This document shows, piece after piece, positions 24,163-32,000 of a DNA stretch of 32,000 bases (positions are counted from its first letter, which is position 1; each line of letters opens with the position of its first letter). Made by a program: the position numbers and the translations under genes. The notes beneath the pieces were generated by a model. It made no database searches. It worked only from the letters and a program-made list of their open reading frames with translations, and had not been told where the DNA came from. This stretch comes from Candidatus Saccharimonadota bacterium (GTDB lineage Bacteria; Patescibacteriota; Saccharimonadia; Saccharimonadales; Saccharimonadaceae). The stretch covers positions 150,001 through 182,000 of the forward strand of contig CP006915.1 in NCBI GenBank assembly GCA_000503915.1, given 5' to 3'.

Positions 24163-24668
24163 TTTACTTTCACAACGTAATTCACACCATAGCCGGTATC
24201 CATAGTCGCCGCACAAGTTCCATCAGTTTCATTGGTTGCGGCCGGCAACGTCTCCAGGGTTACATACAAGTAAGTTCCTAAGCCGCACGATTCCTTATAA
24301 TATGCGAAGCATCTTGTACTGCCTGAAGCGCACGCGACTGCGCCTGATGGATCCTTCAAATCACTGGAGATATAGCCGGCATCCTTCAAACAATCGTTCA
24401 TTGATTTGGGGGTATACAAGTAGTTAAACCACCACTTACCATCTCCGTTAGCCCCACAACCACTGCCCGTTTCCATATAATCTCCGTGGTCTACGTACCA
24501 AAGTTTCAGACCCTTTGCGATGGCTGCCAGATCTGATCGTCTATCAGCATCACGGGCCCGTGCTTGCATACCGTTATACGCCACTACCGTAATGGCAGCC
24601 AAAATAGCAATCACGACAATTACAATCAAGAGTTCGACAATCGTAAAACCGCTTGTGGTTTTTCTCAT
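24159..24668 (-). CDS. Type IV pilin (Cys-rich C-terminal subfamily)
   Basis: MRKTTSG|FTIVELLIVIVVIAILAAITVVAYNGMQ. The C-terminus ...LYVTLETLPAATNETDGTC... is paralogous to 30926-31447 and 31549-32000. ATG 24668 lies behind TGcTACACT. Confidence 0.88.
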   Translation of the reverse strand: MRKTTSGFTIVELLIVIVVIAILAAITVVAYNGMQARARDADRRSDLAAIAKGLKLWYVDHGDYMETGSGCGANGDGKWWFNYLYTPKSMNDCLKDAGYISSDLKDPSGAVACASGSTRCFAYYKESCGLGTYLYVTLETLPAATNETDGTCAATMDTGYGVNYVVKVN

Positions 24669-24694
24669 AGTATTTAGTGTAGCACGACGCCAGG

Positions 24695-25198
24695 TTAGTA
24701 CTGCCAAGCCTGCCAAACGCCGTGGGTTGCATCAGATATCCAGCCGGCAGAGGGGCAAATGAAAGATTTCGAAGTACTCGGGACATTCGCAGCCTGCTCA
24801 TATCCGATGAACCAAAGTACATAAAAGTTTCCCCTTGAGCCATCACTACAACCATACGACGTACCCGCCGGTCTAATATATCTATAGTAATGATTCGCAT
24901 CGTTCAATGGATCAACCGGTAGATTACTCATATACGGTTTTAGCGCAGTTGCAAAGGTGGTCCAGTTGGTATTCGTACTCTCATAATATCCACCACCGCT
25001 GGTTGGGTAATCATTGTTGTCAATCTTATACAGTTCAAGAGCCTTTTGAATCTCTGTGCTATCATTGCTTCTTCGATTGTCCCTAGCCCGAGCCTGAATA
25101 CCGTTATACGCCACAGCAGTAATAGCGGCCAGGATAGCGATCACAACGATGACGATCAGGAGTTCAACGATCGTGAAGCCGCTTACGGTTTTTCTCAT
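24695..25198 (-). CDS. Type IV pilin (VDP subfamily)
   Basis: MRKTVSG|FTIVELLIVIVVIAILAAITAVAYNGIQ. Paralogous to the frameshifted gene 30413-30926 (...LPVDPLN...). ATG 25198 lies behind TGgTATACT. Confidence 0.88.
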   Translation of the reverse strand: MRKTVSGFTIVELLIVIVVIAILAAITAVAYNGIQARARDNRRSNDSTEIQKALELYKIDNNDYPTSGGGYYESTNTNWTTFATALKPYMSNLPVDPLNDANHYYRYIRPAGTSYGCSDGSRGNFYVLWFIGYEQAANVPSTSKSFICPSAGWISDATHGVWQAWQY

Positions 25199-25220
25199 AA
25201 ACTTCAGTATACCACCTCGT

Positions 25221-26870
25221 CTAAAAGTTTTTGCGGATGTGCGAAAAGCTATAATCCCAGGTGGCATCAGTCTTTTTGTGCGGGTTGAAAATATTATCTG
25301 GGTCGTAGAGTTTTTTGATATCTTTCATGACACCAAGGATTTTTTTACCATACATTGCCTCAAGCCACGGACCGCGCACCAGGCCATCGTTGTGTTCACC
25401 GGAGATTGAACCTTTGTATTTGAGAACCAGCTCATTGACTTCCTTTTGAGCTGGCTTTAGCTTGGCTCGCTCTTTCGGGTCTTCGATTTTCATCAGCGGA
25501 ATCACATGGAAGTTACCATCGCCAAGGTGCCCGGCAATCGTCGCGAGTAATTTGTACTTGCGGATAATCCTCCGCAGTTTTGGTAAAAATTCGCTGAGGT
25601 ATTCCGGGTTGACCACGAAGTCATCAATAAATGGCGCGGTGTGCTTGTCTTTCACTTTGCTCCGAAGGAGATTGAAACTTTCCCGCCGCATGAGCCAAAA
25701 CTTTCGCGACTTGGCTTCGGTGTCGTCTTCTTCGAGATAGGTAAATGTCTTAAACTTTTGCAAACTCAGTTTTGTATTATGAATCTTCGCGTTGATTTCG
25801 GCCTGAGTATCACCGGTAAATTCAATAAGGAGAATCAGCTTTGGCACGCCAAGTCCGAGTGCAAGGCCGTCGGGGATAAGCGCGATAACCATCTTTAGCC
25901 ATTCCCACAGTCCAAGTCGTGGCAAGAAAGCAAAGACGAATTTAAAGCTCAGCCACAGCGTAGCGTCATCAAAACATTCAAACGTGGCCGGTTTTTTCGC
26001 GAGGATCGCCGGGATGATATCTCCCAGCTTGTCGATATCGCGCATATAGCAAACCAGTGTACCTTCGTATTTTGGCTTTGGCACGAGTTTCACTGTGCCT
26101 TCGGTAATAATACCAAGCGTTCCCTGCGCACCCACAAACAGTTTCGTCAGGTCAAAGATACCAGTTTCGCGGTTCCAGACATTCCATAAATGATACCCCG
26201 TCGAATCTTTCGTTACATTCGGCTTGGCCGCTTGGACTTCATCATAATATTCTTCGAGGAGTTCAAACGTTTTCTTATATAAATCACCCTCGAAATCACC
26301 CTGCGCCATCTTACGTATCAGGCCGGCTTTATCGAGCGGCTTTATCGTATATTCATTTCCATCGGCAAATACCATTTTTAGTTCGGTCACAAAATTATCC
26401 GTCTTGCCATACTCAAGTGATTTTTCACCACCGGAATTATTACTCATAATGCCGCCCATGCCCGCAAGATCGCGGCTGGCCGGGTAACTCGGTAGCAGCG
26501 AGCCGTGCTTGAGCGTCTCGACTTCGAAGTCCTTATACATCATGCCTGGCTGAACTGTCGCCTGCTTCGCCGACACTTTTTCAAGTTTTGTCATGTGCCT
26601 TGAAACGTCGAGGATAATCGACTCACCTATCGCGGCTCCCGACATATCGGTTCCACGCGAACGCATGGTGATACTGAGCTCGGGATGAGATTTTTTATGT
26701 TTGCTCACGAACTTTACTGCCGCTTTTATATCACCAGCATCCTTTGGAAAACCAACGACCTGAGGTTTCAGTTCAAACAAGCTCGCGTCGTGACTGTAAA
26801 ACTCACGCGTCTCCTCGCTGGTATCGAGCTCGCCTTTGAAGATTCTTGAAAGTTCTTTTTGTAAATCCAT
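25221..26870 (-). CDS. FAD-linked oxidase (GlcD / D-lactate dehydrogenase family)
   Basis: 549 aa. FAD_binding_4-like N-terminal half (GTDMSGAAIG, SNNSGGEKSLEYGKT). C-terminal motifs GHLGDGNFH and GSISGEHNDGL. Confidence 0.8.
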   Translation of the reverse strand: MDLQKELSRIFKGELDTSEETREFYSHDASLFELKPQVVGFPKDAGDIKAAVKFVSKHKKSHPELSITMRSRGTDMSGAAIGESIILDVSRHMTKLEKVSAKQATVQPGMMYKDFEVETLKHGSLLPSYPASRDLAGMGGIMSNNSGGEKSLEYGKTDNFVTELKMVFADGNEYTIKPLDKAGLIRKMAQGDFEGDLYKKTFELLEEYYDEVQAAKPNVTKDSTGYHLWNVWNRETGIFDLTKLFVGAQGTLGIITEGTVKLVPKPKYEGTLVCYMRDIDKLGDIIPAILAKKPATFECFDDATLWLSFKFVFAFLPRLGLWEWLKMVIALIPDGLALGLGVPKLILLIEFTGDTQAEINAKIHNTKLSLQKFKTFTYLEEDDTEAKSRKFWLMRRESFNLLRSKVKDKHTAPFIDDFVVNPEYLSEFLPKLRRIIRKYKLLATIAGHLGDGNFHVIPLMKIEDPKERAKLKPAQKEVNELVLKYKGSISGEHNDGLVRGPWLEAMYGKKILGVMKDIKKLYDPDNIFNPHKKTDATWDYSFSHIRKNF

Positions 26871-26947
26871 CTACTATTAACTTTACCTTTCGCTCATGAA
26901 AACCACAAGCGACATACTATGTTGTTCCGGTTTCGTCCGCTACAGGC

Positions 26948-26953
26948 TATACT
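26948..26953 (+). promoter_or_regulatory. -10 box TATACT 8 nt upstream of ATG 26962 (leaderless-type)
   Basis: Sequence reads ggcTATACTaaagactaATG. Confidence 0.5.
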
Positions 26954-26961
26954 AAAGACTA

Positions 26962-28068
26962 ATGAAACCCGTCACCTTCGTACTTGGCCGCTTATTCGGA
27001 ACGCTTCGCGCAGAATGGCAACAACTATACAACCGCTATTTCGGTAAAATCGAGCGTTTTGAGGGAGACGCAGAAGCCATCTGTCGGCAGATTGTCGACC
27101 GACTCTGGAAAGGTGATTTCTACCGCACGTCGCTCGGCCATTTCGATTTTTTCTGGATGCGCGATTTTGGTACCGTCGCTGAGTCACTCTCTAAAATCGG
27201 CTACCGGAAACATGTCCTCTGTACGCTACGCTGGGCACTGCTACACTACCGCCGCTCCGAGACGATCACCACCTGCATCGATAAGTCCGGCAACTGCTTC
27301 AATGCACCGAGTCATGCTATCGACACTTTGCCCTGGCTCCTTCATAGCCTATACGTCAGCCGTTACGATCTCAATAAAGCCGAGCGGGCGTTTTTGATCC
27401 GCCGCCTAAAAAAATATTGCAAAAAATATCTCGATACTACTGGCCATACCCGGCCAAAATTTGCCGCTGAAATGCGCGACGCCGTAATCTACGACCGCAG
27501 CGCCTACGCGGTCAGTTTGATCGGCCGCATGGCCTACTGCGTCCACAAGCTCGGTCTCGAAGACGGCTTTCCGTTTAAGCCTCAGCTCTACCAGGACGAA
27601 CTCATCACCCGCTACTGGAACGGGCAGTATTTCAATGCCGACCGCCTGACTGACGCCTTTAGCGCCGAGTGCGCGCTCATGCCGTTTTTCCTCGGCGTGA
27701 TCAAAGATGAGAAAATGCTCGAGGCAACGCTTGACTATATACAGGACAAAAAGCTCAACAAGCCGTTTCCGCTCATTTATACCAACAAGCCGAGAACCTT
27801 TACCTATCACTGGTGGATGACCAAACCCTTTATGCCAAACTACGAGGAGCGTTCGCTCTGGAGCTGGCACGGCCTATTCTACCTACACCTACTAAAACGT
27901 CACAAGCGCGAGGAGTACAAAGCCGAAAAAGGCGCCTTTGCTAAAGGTATGATTGAGCAGCATCGCACCTTTCCAGAGATGCTTAATCCCGACGGCTCAT
28001 GGTACTACGCCCCCATCTACCGCGGTGATCCAGGCATGGTGTGGGCTGCGCTGTATGTCGAGCTTTAA
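26962..28068 (+). CDS. Hypothetical protein; possibly an (alpha/alpha)6-barrel glycoside-hydrolase-like fold
   Basis: 368 aa, Trp/Tyr-rich. FFWMRDFG is reminiscent of the xWxRD motif of GH15/GDE-type enzymes. This is a weak assignment from pattern memory only. Confidence 0.55.
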   Translation: MKPVTFVLGRLFGTLRAEWQQLYNRYFGKIERFEGDAEAICRQIVDRLWKGDFYRTSLGHFDFFWMRDFGTVAESLSKIGYRKHVLCTLRWALLHYRRSETITTCIDKSGNCFNAPSHAIDTLPWLLHSLYVSRYDLNKAERAFLIRRLKKYCKKYLDTTGHTRPKFAAEMRDAVIYDRSAYAVSLIGRMAYCVHKLGLEDGFPFKPQLYQDELITRYWNGQYFNADRLTDAFSAECALMPFFLGVIKDEKMLEATLDYIQDKKLNKPFPLIYTNKPRTFTYHWWMTKPFMPNYEERSLWSWHGLFYLHLLKRHKREEYKAEKGAFAKGMIEQHRTFPEMLNPDGSWYYAPIYRGDPGMVWAALYVEL

Positions 28069-28293
28069 TTATTTCTTCTTTTTCGTATCGGCAACGAGTG
28101 CGTTCAGCTTGTAACCGACGAGTAGACCGGCGACAACTGAGCCAGTGGTATTGATCCACATCCAATCAGACTGACCAATAGTCCCTAGGTTGCCTACAAT
28201 AAATAGTAGAACCCCTTCAATGACGGCCGCCAGCAAGAGGGCAATGATTACGGTTACTATAAGATCTGTGATGAACTTTGATGAATTTTTCAT
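28069..28293 (-). CDS. Small two-TM membrane protein with a poly-Lys C-terminus
   Basis: 74 aa with two hydrophobic helices, ending DTKKKK. Its stop abuts the convergent gene's stop. Confidence 0.45.
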   Translation of the reverse strand: MKNSSKFITDLIVTVIIALLLAAVIEGVLLFIVGNLGTIGQSDWMWINTTGSVVAGLLVGYKLNALVADTKKKK

Positions 28294-28325
28294 ACACTAA
28301 CAATATCACTAACGAACCAAAGAAT

Positions 28326-28351
28326 AAAAGCCCCCGTATGCTAGGGCTTTT
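28326..28351 (-). terminator. Rho-independent terminator after dnaK
   Basis: Minus strand AAAAGCCC-TAGCATACGG-GGGCTTTT followed by ATTCTTT. A T-run also follows it on the plus strand. Confidence 0.7.
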
Positions 28352-28378
28352 ATTTTTGTAGCTTGGCTTTAACTGTGT

Positions 28379-30277
28379 CTACTTTTTATCGTCGATGACT
28401 TCGCCCTCGACCGGTTCGTCTTTATCCGACTTTTTGTCGCCGTCTTCTGAGGCAGGTGCTTCCTCTTTTGATGCGGCTTCGTACAGCTTGGCGCCGATCG
28501 GCATCAGGATGTCATTCAGAGCCTTGACAGCTGCTTCGAGTGCATCTTTATCGGCCGTATCGTCGTTTTTCACTTTCTTAGCGTCTTCGACGGCTTTTTC
28601 GATTGCCTTCTTGTCGTCATCCGAGATCTTATCTTTATGCTCATCTGGCAGCTTTTCAGCTTGGTAAATAGCGTTTTCCAGCTGGTTACGTGTTTCCACC
28701 GCTTCACGCTTTTTCTTGTCTTCATCAGCGTGGGCTTCGGCTTCTTTTTGTGCTTTTTCGATATCGTCTTTAGACATATTGCCAGAATCCTGGATGGTAA
28801 TTGACTGCTCTTTACCAGTGCCTTTGTCTTTGGCGGTTACGTTCAAGATACCATTAGCATCAAGGTTGAAGGTGACTTCAACCTGTGGCACGCCGCGTGG
28901 TGCCGGGGCAATGCCATCGAGGATAAAACGGCCAAGTGACTTATTGTCAGCAGCCATTTCACGCTCACCTTGCAGCACGTGGATTTCCACCTGCGGCTGG
29001 TTGTCGGCAGCAGTCGAGAAGGTTTCAGACTTGCTGGTAGGAATTGTTGTATTGCGCTCGATCAACTTGGTCGTCACACCACCCATGGTTTCGATACCGA
29101 GTGATAGTGGCGTTACATCAAGAAGGAGTACGTCTTTGACGTCACCTTGCAGTACGCCACCCTGGATAGCCGCACCGACAGCCACGACTTCGTCAGGGTT
29201 CACACCCTTGAGCGGATCTTTACCAAAGATTGTTTTGACCTTTTCAACAACCGCTGGCATACGGGTCATCCCACCAACCAGCACGATCTCGTTGATTTCA
29301 CTTGCCTTGACGTCGGCGTCTTTGAGGGCCTTTTCGACCGGACCGACCAGGCGGTCGATCAGATCTTTGACGAGATCTTCGAGCTTACTGCGGGTCAGCT
29401 TGTACTCAAAGTGCTTCGGGCCATCGGCATCAGCCGTGATGAACGGCAAGTTGATTTCGTATTCTGTCGTCGTAGAAAGTTCTTTCTTCGCCTTCTCGGC
29501 CTCATCTTTGAGGCGCTGCATGGCGGCTTTGTCGCTCTTTAGATCGACACCTTCCTCGTTTTTAAAGACATCGAGGAAGTGGTTGACGATGCGGTTGTCG
29601 AAGTCTTCACCACCAAGGTGCGTATCACCATTGGTTGAGCGTACTTCGAACACACCGTCGCCAAGTTCGAGAATGGAAACGTCAAAGGTACCACCACCGA
29701 GGTCAAAGACCGCAATTTTTTCTTCCTTCTTGCCTTCGAGTCCATAGGCCAATGCGGCCGCAGTCGGCTCGTTGATAATTCGCTTAACTTCAAGGCCAGC
29801 AATCTTGCCGGCGTCTTTGGTTGCCTGACGCTGTGAATCGTCAAAGTAGGCTGGGACAGTGATGACGGCCTCGGTGACTTTTTCACCTAGGAAGCTTTCG
29901 GCATCTGCCTTGATTTTTGAGAGAATCATTGCCGAGACTTCTTCTGGCGTGTAGTCTTTGTCACCCATTTTTACTGCGACACCGTCGCCTTTTTTGACAA
30001 TCTCATAAGGCATAATATCGTGGTCTTTTTGCACTTCATGGTCTGAGAATTTACGACCGATCAAGCGTTTTACCCCGTAAATTGTATTTTCAGCGTTTGT
30101 CACGCGCTGGCGCTGCGCTACTTGACCGACCAGGCGCTCACCTTTCTTATTTATAGCAACGACACTTGGCGTCGTGCGGTTACCTTCAGCATTAGCAATA
30201 ACCTCCGGCTTGCCAGCCACCATATAGGCAAATGCCGAGTTGGTTGTACCGAGGTCGATTCCGATAATTTTACCCAT
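28379..30277 (-). CDS. dnaK: Molecular chaperone DnaK (Hsp70)
   Basis: 632 aa starting [14 protein letters not shown]..., with full-length Hsp70 similarity. AGGAGG (30285-30290) lies 7 nt upstream. Confidence 0.98.
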   Translation of the reverse strand: MGKIIGIDLGTTNSAFAYMVAGKPEVIANAEGNRTTPSVVAINKKGERLVGQVAQRQRVTNAENTIYGVKRLIGRKFSDHEVQKDHDIMPYEIVKKGDGVAVKMGDKDYTPEEVSAMILSKIKADAESFLGEKVTEAVITVPAYFDDSQRQATKDAGKIAGLEVKRIINEPTAAALAYGLEGKKEEKIAVFDLGGGTFDVSILELGDGVFEVRSTNGDTHLGGEDFDNRIVNHFLDVFKNEEGVDLKSDKAAMQRLKDEAEKAKKELSTTTEYEINLPFITADADGPKHFEYKLTRSKLEDLVKDLIDRLVGPVEKALKDADVKASEINEIVLVGGMTRMPAVVEKVKTIFGKDPLKGVNPDEVVAVGAAIQGGVLQGDVKDVLLLDVTPLSLGIETMGGVTTKLIERNTTIPTSKSETFSTAADNQPQVEIHVLQGEREMAADNKSLGRFILDGIAPAPRGVPQVEVTFNLDANGILNVTAKDKGTGKEQSITIQDSGNMSKDDIEKAQKEAEAHADEDKKKREAVETRNQLENAIYQAEKLPDEHKDKISDDDKKAIEKAVEDAKKVKNDDTADKDALEAAVKALNDILMPIGAKLYEAASKEEAPASEDGDKKSDKDEPVEGEVIDDKK

Positions 30278-30325
30278 GTTGAGTCCTCCTTGCTACTTAC
30301 TATCTACCATATTCTATATACTACT

Positions 30326-30352
30326 TTAGCACTCCTCGCTGGACAGTGCCAA
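30326..30352 (-). promoter_or_regulatory. Second, degenerate CIRCE-like element in the dnaK 5' leader
   Basis: TTAGCACTC-N9-CAGTGCCAA. The left arm is perfect and the right arm matches 7/9. Confidence 0.5.
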
Positions 30353-30373
30353 AACTATTACTAGTGTAAAAAA

Positions 30374-30400
30374 TTAGCACTCTCATGTCAAGAGTGCTAA
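30374..30400 (-). promoter_or_regulatory. CIRCE (HrcA operator) upstream of dnaK, with an embedded consensus -35
   Basis: TTAGCACTC-N9-GAGTGCTAA is a perfect match. The minus-strand spacer TTGACATGA contains TTGACA (30386-30391), followed by 17 nt and then -10 TACACT (30363-30368). Confidence 0.92.
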
Positions 30401-30412
30401 TTAAAAAATTTA

Positions 30413-30926
30413 CTATAAGTCCTGAGCTAACTTAGCCCACCAGTTGCCAACGGTATAAGTACCACATGTTCCCCCGGGGGAAGATCCTGAGCTGCTACTT
30501 ACTTCTCCTGTACGAACACCGAGCACATAGAATGCCGTCGGACATCCATTTGACCCTGCACTATAGCGATAGTAATAATATATCTTTGCTCCTGTCGTGT
30601 TCATATCCCCTGTATTTATAGGATCCACCGGAACGCTATAGAGTACCCCTGCCGTCACCAGTTGCTGCAAAAACGGATGATTGCCATTTGGGATTCGAGC
30701 TAATCTCCCATCCACCTACAGAGTTGCCGACTGCATTTGGATACGAGCTATTTTGTATCTTATAAAGCTCCAGTGCTTTTGCGATTGAAGTAATATCCTG
30801 AAGACGCTGCGCATCACGGGCGCGCTGCTGAATGCCGTTATATGCCACTACTGTGATCGCCGCCAGGATTGCAATCACCACGATGACAATAAGAAGCTCG
30901 ACTATAGTGAATCCTCTATGCTTCAT
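30413..30926 (-). pseudogene. Type IV pilin (VDP subfamily) interrupted by a frameshift
   Basis: MKHRG|FTIVELL... runs in one frame (30636-30926). The conserved C-terminal part ...FLQQLVTAGVLYSVPVDPIN... is in the +1 frame (30413-30715). Removing one T of the T5 run (plus-strand A5 at 30669-30673) restores a single ORF. Confidence 0.75.
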
Positions 30927-31447
30927 CAATTCACCCTCAATGCATAGTTCATGCCATAGGCTGTATCCCAACCGCTTTGGCAGGTACCATCAAGATCGGT
31001 TGCTGCTTGAGGAAGTGTTTCAAGATGAGCATAAAGATAAGTCCCGCTTGCGCAGCTTGCTTTCATATAAGCAAAACAAGTCAGACCCGTGCATGCTCCT
31101 AGCCCACCTGGGTCAACTAGTGCTTTTGATAAATAGCCCCCCTCTGTCAAGCAGGCGTTGATTGACTTTAATGAGCCAGCTCCATCATAATCGGATGGTA
31201 GCCATCCGTAACTATTAGTACCTCCACTTCCACACTGCAAAGAAGCATAATCGCCATCATTGTCTACTGCGTAGAGTTTTAACGCCTTAGAGATTTGAGC
31301 GAGATCTTGCTTACGAACGTTATCTCGTGCACGAGCTTGGATACTGTTATACGCAACGATAGTAATTGCCGCGAGGATAGCTATCACCACAATGACAATG
31401 AGGAGTTCGACGATAGTGAAGCCTGTTTGTCTTGCCCACAATTTCAT
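30926..31447 (-). CDS. Type IV pilin (Cys-rich subfamily)
   Basis: MKLWARQTG|FTIVELLIVIVVIAILAAITIVAYNSIQ. The stop overlaps the next pilin start (TGATG). ATG 31447 lies behind TGcTATAAT. Confidence 0.88.
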   Translation of the reverse strand: MKLWARQTGFTIVELLIVIVVIAILAAITIVAYNSIQARARDNVRKQDLAQISKALKLYAVDNDGDYASLQCGSGGTNSYGWLPSDYDGAGSLKSINACLTEGGYLSKALVDPGGLGACTGLTCFAYMKASCASGTYLYAHLETLPQAATDLDGTCQSGWDTAYGMNYALRVN

Positions 31448-31453
31448 GTGCAC

Positions 31454-31462
31454 ATTATAGCA
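31454..31462 (-). promoter_or_regulatory. Extended -10 TGcTATAAT 6 nt upstream of ATG 31447 (leaderless-type)
   Basis: Minus strand reads ttaTGcTATAATgtgcacATG. Confidence 0.55.
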
Positions 31463-31548
31463 TAAGGGGCATTTGCGAGAGACTCTGATGATCGTCGCAC
31501 CGAATGGCAAATCGGCTGGACATCAGCAAAGGATAATACTCATAACTC

Positions 31549-32000
31549 CTAAAACTTTATGTAGTAGTTTACGTTTTCAGTTGTGTCAATACCTGACGCA
31601 CAGGTTCCATCTGTGGCAGTGTCTGAGAGCGGTATCCCTTCCATATGTGCATACAGAAATGTTCCCATACCACAGGTGTATTTCAGGTAAGTAAATTTCG
31701 TTTGCCCTGAGCATGTTTTGTTGAAACAAGGATCTTCGACATTTTTAGTAATGTACCCCCCGTTCTTGAAGCAATCCATAATAGGTATCCGCACGCCAGT
31801 TCCATCATAGTCAAAGTGGGTATATCCATCGCCATTACCATTACCGCAGTTACTCGCAGCATTCATATAGTTGCCGTTATCTGCGTAATAAAGTTTTAGC
31901 GATTTCTCTAAAAATGCGAGATCAGCAGTACGAATACTGTCGCGTGCACGCTGCTGAATTCCGTTATATGCTACGACCGTAATAGCAGCCATAATCGCAA
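31549..32000 (-). CDS. Type IV pilin (Cys-rich subfamily), 5' end beyond the window
   Basis: The frame is open to position 32000 (...IAIMAAITVVAYNGIQQRARD...). The true start with its GFTxxE signal lies outside the window. Confidence 0.85.
   Translation of the reverse strand, partial: AIMAAITVVAYNGIQQRARDSIRTADLAFLEKSLKLYYADNGNYMNAASNCGNGNGDGYTHFDYDGTGVRIPIMDCFKNGGYITKNVEDPCFNKTCSGQTKFTYLKYTCGMGTFLYAHMEGIPLSDTATDGTCASGIDTTENVNYYIKF

Noticed and set aside
28716-29747. 343-aa ORF (and the 131-aa ORF 29147-29542) on the plus strand
   Set aside because: Both lie entirely antisense to dnaK. The Ser/Pro/Arg-rich translation is typical of a shadow frame of a highly expressed gene, and there are no start signals.
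1-32000. Alternative genetic code (UGA recoding, as in some candidate phyla)
   Set aside because: Conserved genes end at TGA where homologs end (for example recA at 5553-5555 and pilM at 2359-2361). All housekeeping ORFs are full length under the standard code.

Overview
Gene-dense segment of about 40 CDS and 1 intact tRNA, read in the standard genetic code. It is best explained as a Candidatus Saccharibacteria (TM7) / Patescibacteria-type chromosome. That placement is an inference from the pilin N-termini (GFTIVELLIVIVVIAILAAIT...), a type IV pilus operon with no secretin gene in the window, a short ComEC and the tightly packed, overlapping genes. Plus strand 4-4440 carries a pilC-pilM-pilN-pilO-like operon plus a small TM protein and a PRC-barrel-like protein. 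From 4437 onward almost everything is on the minus strand: recA / 2H-phosphoesterase / recX, ruvA-ruvB, a class A PBP, ruvC, yebC, a lamin-tail-domain-like surface protein, comEC followed by two pilins, a tRNA-Lys locus, a small GIY-YIG nuclease, a rimK-centred four-gene ligase/peptidase cluster, dnaJ and dnaK (each behind its own CIRCE operator) and an FAD-linked oxidase. There are eight pilin-like genes in total; one is frameshifted and one is cut by the window end. The most unusual observations are: (1) at 18082-18364 an intact tRNA-Lys(UUU) sits on a 20-bp stalk inside the T-loop of a second tRNA-Lys-like gene, which carries three more hairpin insertions and whose two halves still pair. 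(2) The adjacent GIY-YIG ORF is bracketed by 26-nt inverted GC-rich hairpin repeats and takes its last codons and stop from that tRNA-like sequence. (3) A rimK + second ATP-grasp + retropepsin-like + HExxH (DUF1704/MATCAP-like) operon looks like a writer/eraser set for peptide tails. (4) Pervasive -10 boxes lie 6-9 nt upstream of start codons, suggesting leaderless mRNAs. (5) A leaderless 39-codon uORF between the CIRCE promoter and dnaJ starts with a DnaJ-like N-terminus. No CRISPR array, rRNA, transposase or integrase was seen.
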